Position numbers and translations under genes: made by a program. The notes under the pieces were generated by a model that was not told where the DNA came from, did no database searches, and saw only the letters and a list, made by a program, of their open reading frames with translations. Below, in pieces: positions 10,310-18,523 of a stretch of DNA of 64,000 bases. This stretch comes from an uncultured bacterium (GTDB lineage: Bacteria; Fidelibacterota; UBA2242), in the NCBI GenBank assembly GCA_964588795.1, contig CAZPQN010000005.1, positions 11,109 through 75,108 of the forward strand, given 5' to 3'. How positions within the stretch are numbered: the stretch's first letter is position 1; the number at the start of each line of letters is the position of its first letter.

Positions 10310-11788
10310 TCAGAGGGCTTTGATTTTTACCACATTGGGACTGACATTTTTAAACTGCGGCATCGCCATCCCGATATCGGCATTGATATAGGTCGGGTCG
10401 CAGACCAAATAATTTTTCCCCTCGAAGCTGACGAAATCGCCACTCACGGCGGAGACGAACCGGACCGCCGTGGCCATGTGTCCCGGGTAATGCAGTCCGA
10501 CGACCTCCAGCCCCAAAAGCTCGCGCACCAGATAGGCAAACATGATGGAGCGATCTTCGCAATCCGAAAAGTCATAAAACACAGTCTCATCTGGGAACAG
10601 AGGCTTTTCCCGCCCGAAATTATCATCATCGGTTTTGTATTCAAATGCGGTCTGGACGAAGCGCAATATCAGATTGACGGCATCCGGCTCACTGCGTCCG
10701 GTGATAATCGGCTTTAAGGCATTCAGAATAGCGTTTTGTACGGCCGGTGCCGTTTGATAGCTAAAATATACGTCCCAGTCGGTCTGCGGATAATATTTGA
10801 AGAATCGGACCGCATCATCACTGTATTTCAGGGCCAGGGAATATTGTTTGCCTCCGTAACTGAAGGTCAGGTTTTTCTGTAAAACCGCATTTTTAAACTG
10901 CGGCGCCGCCGGCACCATCAGCGACAGACTGCGATCCGCGCCCGGATATTCGGTATCATAAGTGTAAAGTGCCCCGGTTAATTCCGGTTCATTCTCAAAT
11001 CGGATCGCGAAATACTGTTGCCCACCCAGGGTGAGATAGGGAACGGAATACACCATGTTCCGGATCGGCAGCAGGAGATAAACGCCTGCGTTGTTATAGC
11101 CGACGCGCGCCTTATAGCCGCTCTTGACCAGCATGAACCAGATGAAAAGCCGGATTTCGTTGGGCTTGTCCCCATAAATCTGTTTGCCGGTCTGGTACAG
11201 CAGTTGCGCACAGCCGTAATCGTTGAGGTTCATGCGTTTGACATAACCATCAATCTGGGTTTTTAAATCGGCAAAATCGGTGCGACTGAGCTCATCCCAG
11301 AAGTTGCTGATAGCCAAATTATTGATGGGTGTGTGCAGAGTGATTTTAGTTTTCTCATCGTACATTAGTTTGATGGGCATGGTAAAATAGTCGAAATTGA
11401 GCTCCGTACCCCGTTTGACATCCGGAGGCGGAGGCGGCGGAGCCGGCGGTTGCGCTTTGGGTTCGGGTTCTGGTTGCGCGATGACCTGGGCGGCACCTCC
11501 GGGCAGAGGCGGAGTCGGTTTAGGCTCCGCGGCTGGCAGTTCTTTCGGTTTGGGTTTGGGATCGCGCAGGCGGCCCTGATAGGCCTGAAAATACTCCCAG
11601 TCCTTTTTCAGAAAATCGGCAAACAGAGAATCGTCGCGCGCGATGTAGTCACGAACGTACTTTTCTGTTTTTTTCATCTGGGCTTCGGTGCGCTCCTTGA
11701 TTTTGCGCATCATTTCTTCGACCGGATCCTGCGCCATGGCGCTCCGGCAGATAAACCAGACGATCAAAAGTACCACAAATCTATGCAT
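10310..11788 (-). CDS. Secreted hypothetical protein with a Pro-rich linker and a C-terminal Cys/His/Asp (transglutaminase-like cysteine-peptidase-like) signature
   Basis: The start is taken at MHRFVVLLIVWFICRSAMAQ, which gives a signal peptide; the track ORF begins 16 codons earlier. There is a PKPKPKELPAAEPKPTPPLP...PPAPPPPPPD linker. The C-terminus shows FSDCEDRS...HYPGHMATAV...VCDPTY spacing. Confidence 0.55.
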   Translation of the reverse strand: MHRFVVLLIVWFICRSAMAQDPVEEMMRKIKERTEAQMKKTEKYVRDYIARDDSLFADFLKKDWEYFQAYQGRLRDPKPKPKELPAAEPKPTPPLPGGAAQVIAQPEPEPKAQPPAPPPPPPDVKRGTELNFDYFTMPIKLMYDEKTKITLHTPINNLAISNFWDELSRTDFADLKTQIDGYVKRMNLNDYGCAQLLYQTGKQIYGDKPNEIRLFIWFMLVKSGYKARVGYNNAGVYLLLPIRNMVYSVPYLTLGGQQYFAIRFENEPELTGALYTYDTEYPGADRSLSLMVPAAPQFKNAVLQKNLTFSYGGKQYSLALKYSDDAVRFFKYYPQTDWDVYFSYQTAPAVQNAILNALKPIITGRSEPDAVNLILRFVQTAFEYKTDDDNFGREKPLFPDETVFYDFSDCEDRSIMFAYLVRELLGLEVVGLHYPGHMATAVRFVSAVSGDFVSFEGKNYLVCDPTYINADIGMAMPQFKNVSPNVVKIKAL

Positions 11789-11836
11789 AAATCCTCCTCG
11801 ATATTTGAGCAACATTCCCAAGTTATTCCAGGCCAT

Positions 11837-12514
11837 TTATAAAAAGATCAGGGCTAATCCGACCGCCACCACCAGACCGGGTAAAAAATTACTGACCCGG
11901 ATGACTTTGATTTCCAGAATATCAATCCCTAAACCGATCAGGAGCAAGCCCCCTACGGCGCTCATTTCCGTGACAACCGGTGTGGTTAATACCGAACCGA
12001 GAGCTCCGGCGAACAGGGTCAGAGCGCCCTGATACAATAACAGCGGGATAGCGGCAAATAAGACTCCCGCGCCCAGCCCCGCCGCCAGCGCCATTGCAGA
12101 AAATCCATCTAACAGGGCTTTGGCCAGGAGCAGGTGCGGTCGCCCGCCCAGGCCCTCTTCAAATGCCCCGAGGACCGTCATCGAACCCATACAGAACAGC
12201 AGGAATGCTGTTACCAGACCATCCGTGAATTTCGCATTCGACGATTTTAACCGGCGTTTCAGGAAATTTCCTAACCGATTGATCTGCTTTTCGATATCCA
12301 GCAATTCACCGATTATCGCCCCGCTGACTGTACTGCCAATCAGAATCAGGAGGTTTTCCGTTCTCATCGCCATCGAAAACCCCAAGTAGAGCGTAAAAAG
12401 TCCAATTGCCTGGAAGGCTATCGTAGTCAGCCGGAGGGGCAGACGAGCATGTAAAAAAAGGCCGAGCATACTCCCGCAGATAACCGTAGCGACGTTAACC
12501 AGGGTACCGATCAT
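11837..12514 (-). CDS. DUF554 family membrane protein (YqgA-like)
   Basis: 225 aa polytopic protein with the N-terminus MIGTLVNVATVICGSMLGLFL characteristic of DUF554. Confidence 0.75.
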   Translation of the reverse strand: MIGTLVNVATVICGSMLGLFLHARLPLRLTTIAFQAIGLFTLYLGFSMAMRTENLLILIGSTVSGAIIGELLDIEKQINRLGNFLKRRLKSSNAKFTDGLVTAFLLFCMGSMTVLGAFEEGLGGRPHLLLAKALLDGFSAMALAAGLGAGVLFAAIPLLLYQGALTLFAGALGSVLTTPVVTEMSAVGGLLLIGLGIDILEIKVIRVSNFLPGLVVAVGLALIFL

Positions 12515-12592
12515 TGAGAGTCTCTGGAAGGATTAAAAAATGGGTTTCAGGATGACCAAACGTACATCTCGCAGGCATTCTGAAAGGCTGAT

Positions 12593-12799
12593 TTAGACGG
12601 TAGGTTGATTGTCGGTTTTTTCAGGAATAATGAACCAGCCGACGATGTAGGTCAGCACTAGTGGAAAAAAGCCGGTCACGATCGTTCCAAAAATCAACGC
12701 TAAACGAATCAGCGTCGGATCGAGTCCCAGGAGTTCGCCCAAACCACCACAGATGCCAGCAATTTTCTGGTCGCTTTTCGAACGGTAGATTTTTTTCAT
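12593..12799 (-). CDS. PspC-domain membrane protein
   Basis: 68 aa. KKIYRSKSDQKIAGICGGLGELLGLDPTLIRLALIF matches the PspC domain pattern, and one TM helix follows. Confidence 0.8.
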   Translation of the reverse strand: MKKIYRSKSDQKIAGICGGLGELLGLDPTLIRLALIFGTIVTGFFPLVLTYIVGWFIIPEKTDNQPTV

Positions 12800-12971
12800 A
12801 ATGCACCCTCACGATTGCTGTTGAATTTTAGGCAACATTTGAAAGTCAGGCAAGAGAGAAATCAAAGAAAAACTGAGCGCCCCGATTTCGACGTTTTTCG
12901 GCCAAGAGCTGCATTTTCACTTGAAACCTAAGATTCAAACCCGTATTTTTAAGCTATGCACAGGAGAATTT

Positions 12972-13871
12972 ATGGATAGACGGCAATTTTTAAAGACCTC
13001 GGCTTTGTTGACGGGCGGCGCCTTGCTGCCAAAATCCTCCATTGTCCGGGCCCAGGCGAAAGCGCATAACCTAGTTTTGGTGAAAAATGGTCAACCGGCG
13101 GAAATGGTCAGCAAAGCACTGGATCTGTTGGGTGGAATTCAGCGCTTCGTCGCCACCGGGGAAGTGGTTCTACTCAAACCGAACATAAGTTGGGATCGCG
13201 CACCCGAATATGCCGCCACAACCAATCCCGAATTGGTAGCCGAGATGGTACGGCAGTGCCGCAACGCCGGAGCTAAAAAAGTCATTGTTCTCGATAATCC
13301 ATGCAATGATGCCCGGCGCAGTTATGCTTCCAGCCGGATTCCCGAATATGCAGAAAAAGCCGGAGCGGAAGTCAAATTCATGCGGGAAAATCAATACGTT
13401 GAGACTCCGATCCCGAACGGCACGAAGCTTAAAAGCTGGTTATTTCATCAGGATGCCCTCACCGCGGATAAAATTATCTACCTGCCGATTTTAAAACACC
13501 ATCGCCTGAGCGGGGCGACCATCGGTTTTAAGAATGTCATGGGACTGATTGGTGGTAATCGCGGTCGGATTCATTTCCCGTTTGCGGAAAATATCGTAGA
13601 TCTCAACCGGCGCATTGTACCGGTGCTGACCGTTGTTGACGCTATCCGCGTCCTCAAACGCAATGGTCCGGGTGGCGGAAATCTGCACGATGTTGAACAG
13701 ATGAATACGGTGGTGGCGGGGATCGATCGGGTGCTGGTAGATGCCTGGGGCGCCCGGATTTTCGGACATGACCCGTACACTTACGACTGGCTCAAACTGG
13801 CGCATGCCCAGGGTTTGGGCGAAATTGACACTGAAAAACGACCTCCTTTCATCTTTGATTTCAAGGCATGA
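12972..13871 (+). CDS. DUF362 domain protein with twin-arginine signal
   Basis: ATG at 12972 preceded by AGGAG (12962-12966); the track ORF starts at an upstream TTG. The N-terminus is MDRRQFLKTSALLTGGALLP...VRAQA (consensus RRxFLK). The DUF362-like body contains VLLKPNISW and VDAIRVLKRNGPGGG. Confidence 0.8.
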   Translation: MDRRQFLKTSALLTGGALLPKSSIVRAQAKAHNLVLVKNGQPAEMVSKALDLLGGIQRFVATGEVVLLKPNISWDRAPEYAATTNPELVAEMVRQCRNAGAKKVIVLDNPCNDARRSYASSRIPEYAEKAGAEVKFMRENQYVETPIPNGTKLKSWLFHQDALTADKIIYLPILKHHRLSGATIGFKNVMGLIGGNRGRIHFPFAENIVDLNRRIVPVLTVVDAIRVLKRNGPGGGNLHDVEQMNTVVAGIDRVLVDAWGARIFGHDPYTYDWLKLAHAQGLGEIDTEKRPPFIFDFKA

Positions 13872-15403
13872 AATTTTATAGCCGACCACTTCGCCTCACG
13901 GCTCAGTCAGTATTTCTCGGCCTGTTTCTTTTGACCGTCCTGCAGGCAACTTATCCTTTTCAGCCCTGGTTGCCTCCGGAGCTGTTTCTCTGGCTCGATC
14001 CCCTAGCGAGTTTCTCGACCATGATTGCCGACCGATTTTTTACACCGGTGCTGTTGCTAAGCCTTTTGGTTTTGCTCAGCCCGCTGGTCTTCGGGCGGGC
14101 TTTCTGCGGATGGGTTTGTCCGCTGGGCACGGTGATCGATCTGTGCGACAGGTTCATTGCTCCGCACACGGTGATCAGCTTGCGGCGCTACCGTCCAATC
14201 AAGTCGATCCTGCTGGTAATCTTTATTCTACTGGCCATTCTCGGGATACAATTGGCCTGGTTGCTGGATCCCCTGCCGATTCTCTGGCGGACGATTGGAG
14301 TTCCGGGAATGGCACTATTCTTTCTGATTATTGATACTTTAATGAGCGGACTGGGCGCAGTGGGAATTTTCCCGACGCTGTTTACCAGGCTTCAGGATCA
14401 GCTGGCCGGGTACCTTTTCCCGGTTGCTCGCCCGGCTTTCGGTGGTCTTTTCCTGCCTGTCTTAATTTTTGGGATTATCATCGGTCTGAGCAAGGTGTCC
14501 CGGCGGTTTTGGTGCCGTACGCTCTGCCCGCTGGGAGCTTTGCTGGGGCTGGTCGCCAAATTCAGTCCCTGGCAAAGAACGGTGGATGCAGAGCGGTGTA
14601 CAAGTTGTGCGATCTGCCAGCGTGGGTGCAAGATGGAGGCAATTGAACCGGATATTATGACAACTGAAAAATCCGAATGCATTTTATGCCAGAACTGCGC
14701 CCACGAATGCCCCACTGACGCCATCTGGTTTAGTTTCCAGGCGCCGGGACGAATGCGCTCGCCGGTTGATTTGTCCCGCCGGGCATTTATCGGTTCCGGG
14801 TTAGGGGCTCTGGCGGCGACCGGTTTTTTAGCCATTAATCGCCCTGATCCGCACCGTTCAGACCGGCTGATTCGCCCACCCGGCGCAATCCCGGAAAATG
14901 ATTTCAACGCCCGCTGTTTAAGGTGCGGCGAATGCGTCCGGATTTGTGCCACTTCCGGTAAATGTCTTCAGCATGCCATTGGTTACGGAGGACTCGAAAG
15001 CATTTTGACCCCCTTGGCGCAGTTCCGGCGCGGTTATTGTGAAATGAATTGCAATCTGTGCGGCCAAATTTGTCCGACCAAAGCCATTCGCCCCCTGGCC
15101 TTGCCTGACAAACAAAAAACTAAAATGGGGCTGGCCCTCTTTATCAAGGATCGTTGTATTCCCTACCGGCTTAACCAGAACTGCATGGTCTGCGAGGAAC
15201 ATTGCCCGGTAGCCGATAAAGCCATTCAGACCGAAAAGAGGATCTATCACGATGCGTCAACAGGTTTGGCGCGCGTGGTGGATTATCCCTTTGTCATACC
15301 CGAGTTATGTATCGGGTGCGGCATCTGTGAAAACAAATGCCCGCTCAGCGGCGAAGCCGGGATCATCGTCGTCCGGGAGGGTGAGGAGAGGTTGCCTACA
15401 TGA
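13868..15403 (+). CDS. Membrane polyferredoxin, a NapH-like / NapG-like fusion
   Basis: The N-terminal half is multi-TM with FCGWVCPLG and WCRTLCPLG (CX3CP) plus CTSCAICQRGC and CILCQNCAHECP. An internal SRRAFIGSGLGALAATGFLAI helix follows. The C-terminal half is collinear with NapG: LIRPPGAIPENDFNARCLRCGECVRIC, CEMNCNLCGQICP, CMVCEEHCP and CIGCGICENKCP. Confidence 0.8.
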   Translation: MKFYSRPLRLTAQSVFLGLFLLTVLQATYPFQPWLPPELFLWLDPLASFSTMIADRFFTPVLLLSLLVLLSPLVFGRAFCGWVCPLGTVIDLCDRFIAPHTVISLRRYRPIKSILLVIFILLAILGIQLAWLLDPLPILWRTIGVPGMALFFLIIDTLMSGLGAVGIFPTLFTRLQDQLAGYLFPVARPAFGGLFLPVLIFGIIIGLSKVSRRFWCRTLCPLGALLGLVAKFSPWQRTVDAERCTSCAICQRGCKMEAIEPDIMTTEKSECILCQNCAHECPTDAIWFSFQAPGRMRSPVDLSRRAFIGSGLGALAATGFLAINRPDPHRSDRLIRPPGAIPENDFNARCLRCGECVRICATSGKCLQHAIGYGGLESILTPLAQFRRGYCEMNCNLCGQICPTKAIRPLALPDKQKTKMGLALFIKDRCIPYRLNQNCMVCEEHCPVADKAIQTEKRIYHDASTGLARVVDYPFVIPELCIGCGICENKCPLSGEAGIIVVREGEERLPT

Positions 15404-15861
15404 AAAAACGTTTTGTTCTTTTTCTGATCACCCTCAGCTTCAGCGCCTGCGGTTCAAAATACTTCCTAAAACCCAACGAATATCAGGACTGGAACTGCTC
15501 CAAAAATCAAATGTACTCCAGCTCCAGTGCCTTAAAAAAAGTGCTGGCTAATTCCTATGACCTTTATGCTGGCTACCAGTTACAGCGTCTGCTTATCCAG
15601 CAGGTCACTTCACCCGATTTCAAGGAAGCCCGCATTGAACTTTTCTACACCAACGATACTAACGGCGCCCGCAACTTGTACCGCCGCTACCAGACTTTCA
15701 GCAAGCTCAGCATCGGTGAAGAGGGCAGTCAGAGTCCCGGTTTCGTAGCCTTTTACCGGCAGAATTGCTTTGTCCGGATCACCGCCAAACGGAATCTGAC
15801 GGGCAAAGACATTCACCTGGTTGAACTGGCCAAATTGATTGATGCTAAACTAATGAAATAA
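15400..15861 (+). CDS. Hypothetical lipoprotein
   Basis: MKKRFVLFLITLSFSACGS gives a lipobox L-S-F-S-A-C. ATGA overlap with the upstream gene. I recognise no family. Confidence 0.6.
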   Translation: MKKRFVLFLITLSFSACGSKYFLKPNEYQDWNCSKNQMYSSSSALKKVLANSYDLYAGYQLQRLLIQQVTSPDFKEARIELFYTNDTNGARNLYRRYQTFSKLSIGEEGSQSPGFVAFYRQNCFVRITAKRNLTGKDIHLVELAKLIDAKLMK

Positions 15862-15863
15862 CC

Positions 15864-16994
15864 ATGCGTTACTCCCGCCGTCAGTTTTGTCGGCATTTAG
15901 GCTACAGCCTGGCAGGTTGTTTAGCTGCTCCCGAGCTCCTGCCGCGGTTGTTGGGTGGCACTGTCAATGCGGATGATGAACGTTTCGCATGCGAGGCGCG
16001 CTTTTACACCAAGCTGGACGGTAGAAAGGTGCGCTGTTTGCTCTGCCCGCGGACTTGCCTGATAGCTGAAGGTCAGCGGGGATTCTGTCGCGTTCGAGAA
16101 AATCGCCGGGGGACACTCAACACGCTCGTTTACAGCCGGCTGTGCACCATCAACAATGATCCGATCGAAAAAAAACCGCTCTTCCATTTCCTGCCGGGTA
16201 CCAATGTGCTTTCAGTAGCCACCGCCGGATGTAATCTGCGCTGTAAATTTTGCCAGAACTGGAATATATCCCAGGTGGCGCCGGAATCTATCCGGGCTGA
16301 ATACACGCCTCCCGAACGTCTCGTAGAATATGCACGCCAGATGCACTCTCCCTCCATCGCGTTCACCTACAGTGAGCCGACCATTTTCACAGAGTACGTC
16401 TTGGATACTGCCCGATTAGCCCGTCAGGTAGGGATAAAATGTGTCAGCATTTCCAATGGCTTCATCAATCCCGAACCACTCCGCGATTTATGCACGTTGC
16501 TGAGTGCCATCAAAATTGACTTCAAGGCTTATTCGGACGATTTTTACCAGAATGTCACCACCGGACGCTTACAACCGGTGCTGGACACCATGCAGTACAT
16601 TCACCAGCAAGGCATCTGGCTGGAAATCGTGAATTTATTGATCCCGACGCAGAATGATGACGGCGCACAATTGCAGGCCATGGTGCAATGGATCGGACAA
16701 AATCTGGGTGCCGAAGTGCCGGTGCATTTCACGCGCTTTCATCCGCAGTATTTGATGGAAAACCTGCCACCTACCCCGCAAAAGAGCTTGGAAACAGCCC
16801 AGGCTATTGCCCGGTCGGCCGGATTGCAATATGTCTATATCGGCAACCTGCCCGGTCACCCGGCTGAAAATACCTATTGTGCCCGCTGCGGACAAAAGAT
16901 CATCGAACGGATAGGATATAGCGTCCGGTCAGTTCAAGTCCGCAACGGACGATGTCGTTTCTGCCAATCTCCGATACCCGGAGTATGGAGTTGA
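15864..16994 (+). CDS. AmmeMemoRadiSam system radical SAM enzyme, with a Tat-like N-terminal leader
   Basis: CNLRCKFCQNW (CxxxCxxC). The family-typical N-terminal motif is KVRCLLCPRTCLIAEGQRGFCRVREN and the C-terminal Cys pairs are YCARCGQ...GRCRFCQ. The leader is MRYSRRQFCRHLGYSLAGCLAAP. The Memo/AMMECR1 gene follows immediately. Confidence 0.88.
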   Translation: MRYSRRQFCRHLGYSLAGCLAAPELLPRLLGGTVNADDERFACEARFYTKLDGRKVRCLLCPRTCLIAEGQRGFCRVRENRRGTLNTLVYSRLCTINNDPIEKKPLFHFLPGTNVLSVATAGCNLRCKFCQNWNISQVAPESIRAEYTPPERLVEYARQMHSPSIAFTYSEPTIFTEYVLDTARLARQVGIKCVSISNGFINPEPLRDLCTLLSAIKIDFKAYSDDFYQNVTTGRLQPVLDTMQYIHQQGIWLEIVNLLIPTQNDDGAQLQAMVQWIGQNLGAEVPVHFTRFHPQYLMENLPPTPQKSLETAQAIARSAGLQYVYIGNLPGHPAENTYCARCGQKIIERIGYSVRSVQVRNGRCRFCQSPIPGVWS

Positions 16995-16995
16995 A

Positions 16996-18504
16996 ATGTT
17001 AACACGAGGATTAAAAATTATGCTAATTGCAAACCTGATTTTCAACAATCCCGGTTCGGCCCAGGAACGCCGACCGGCGGCGGCCGGAACATTTTATCCG
17101 GGCGAGGCTCAGGAGTTGAACTCGGAAATCGTGCAATATCTGAAACAAGCCGGAGCCAAAGTTTTGTCGTCCCCGCCAAGGGCGTTGATCGCTCCCCATG
17201 CCGGCTATGTGTACAGCGGTTGGGTAGCCGCTTATGCCTACAAGGAAGTCCGTGATTATCGTTACGACGCCATTATCATCGTCGCTCCGTGTCATGTCGA
17301 ATACTTTCCATTTGCGGCGGTTTACGAGGGTACTGCTTATGTCACCCCCCTGGGTAAAGTTGCAGTTGACACTAAGTTAGCCCGGGAGTGCACGACCCAA
17401 GACGGGTTGGTACGCCTGGCGGGTAACGGGCACACTTTCAAACAATTTGCCCGGGGTGAACACAGTCTGGAAGTGCAGCTCCCGTTCTTGCAGATTGTCC
17501 AGCCGAATACTCCCATCGTCCCGATCGTCGTCGGAACCCAGGATTGGCAAGTACTGGAATCTCTCGGTCGGCAACTGGGAAAAATTGCCCAATCCCGCAA
17601 TGTTCTTCTGGTAGCTTCCAGCGACCTGTCGCATTATCACTCTTATAGTGAATGCCAGAAAATCGACCGCCGTTTAGTTGCCGCGCTGGAGAAGTTCGCC
17701 CCGCACGACTTCTACCGTGGCCTTGTCAATGAGGAATTCGAAGCTTGCGGTGGCGGGCCGATTACTGCGGCTATGATGGCCGCGCAAATCGCCGGCGCCA
17801 ACCAGGTAAAAGTGCTTAAAGTCGCTAATAGCGGTGATGTTCCGATTGGGGAAAAGTCTCAGGTAGTTGGGTATTTAGCGGCTGTCTTTTACCAGGGACA
17901 AAGTCGGGAAAAACACAACGCAACGCTCGGTGAAAAAAAATCCAATCCCGGAACGTTAGACCGCCCGGAACAACTTTTCTTGCTTGACCTGGCTGAAAAG
18001 ACCATCAGCGCCGCTGTGCATAAAAAACCGCTCCCCTCACCCGCCACGATTCCCGAACGCCTGAAGGTTAAGCGCGGTGCGTTCGTGACCATTGAAAAAC
18101 GGCACGACCTGCGGGGGTGCATCGGCTATGTGTTACCGATGAAACCGCTTTTTGAAACCGTCATCGAGGTTGCCAGGCTCGCGGCGCTGGAAGACCCGCG
18201 TTTCGAACCGGTCAGTGTCAGCGAACTCAAGGACCTCAGCGTCGAAATCTCGGTGCTGACGGTCCCGGAAAAAATCAGCGACCCGAATATCATTGAAGTC
18301 GGCAAGCACGGAATTATCATCCGTCGCGGTTTCTATTCGGGACTTTTACTACCGCAGGTGGCTACGGATTACGGCTGGGATCGCGTGACATTTTTAGAGC
18401 ATACCTGTCAGAAAGCAGGTTTGCCGCGCGATGCCTGGCAAGATAAAAGTACCGAAATCTCCATTTTTTCCGCCCAGGTCTTCAGCCGGGAAAGCGTCGA
18501 ATAA
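16996..18504 (+). CDS. Fusion of Memo-like (AmmeMemoRadiSam protein B) and AMMECR1 (protein A) domains
   Basis: N-terminal half: PAAAGTFYPG, IAPHAGYVYSG, HSLEVQLPFLQ and SSDLSHYH (Memo). C-terminal half: RGAFVTIEKRHDLRGCIGY and LLPQVA (AMMECR1). A 27-aa hydrophobic leader precedes the Memo core. Confidence 0.88.
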   Translation: MLTRGLKIMLIANLIFNNPGSAQERRPAAAGTFYPGEAQELNSEIVQYLKQAGAKVLSSPPRALIAPHAGYVYSGWVAAYAYKEVRDYRYDAIIIVAPCHVEYFPFAAVYEGTAYVTPLGKVAVDTKLARECTTQDGLVRLAGNGHTFKQFARGEHSLEVQLPFLQIVQPNTPIVPIVVGTQDWQVLESLGRQLGKIAQSRNVLLVASSDLSHYHSYSECQKIDRRLVAALEKFAPHDFYRGLVNEEFEACGGGPITAAMMAAQIAGANQVKVLKVANSGDVPIGEKSQVVGYLAAVFYQGQSREKHNATLGEKKSNPGTLDRPEQLFLLDLAEKTISAAVHKKPLPSPATIPERLKVKRGAFVTIEKRHDLRGCIGYVLPMKPLFETVIEVARLAALEDPRFEPVSVSELKDLSVEISVLTVPEKISDPNIIEVGKHGIIIRRGFYSGLLLPQVATDYGWDRVTFLEHTCQKAGLPRDAWQDKSTEISIFSAQVFSRESVE

Positions 18505-18523
18505 ATTCGCAAAGCAGCTCTGG

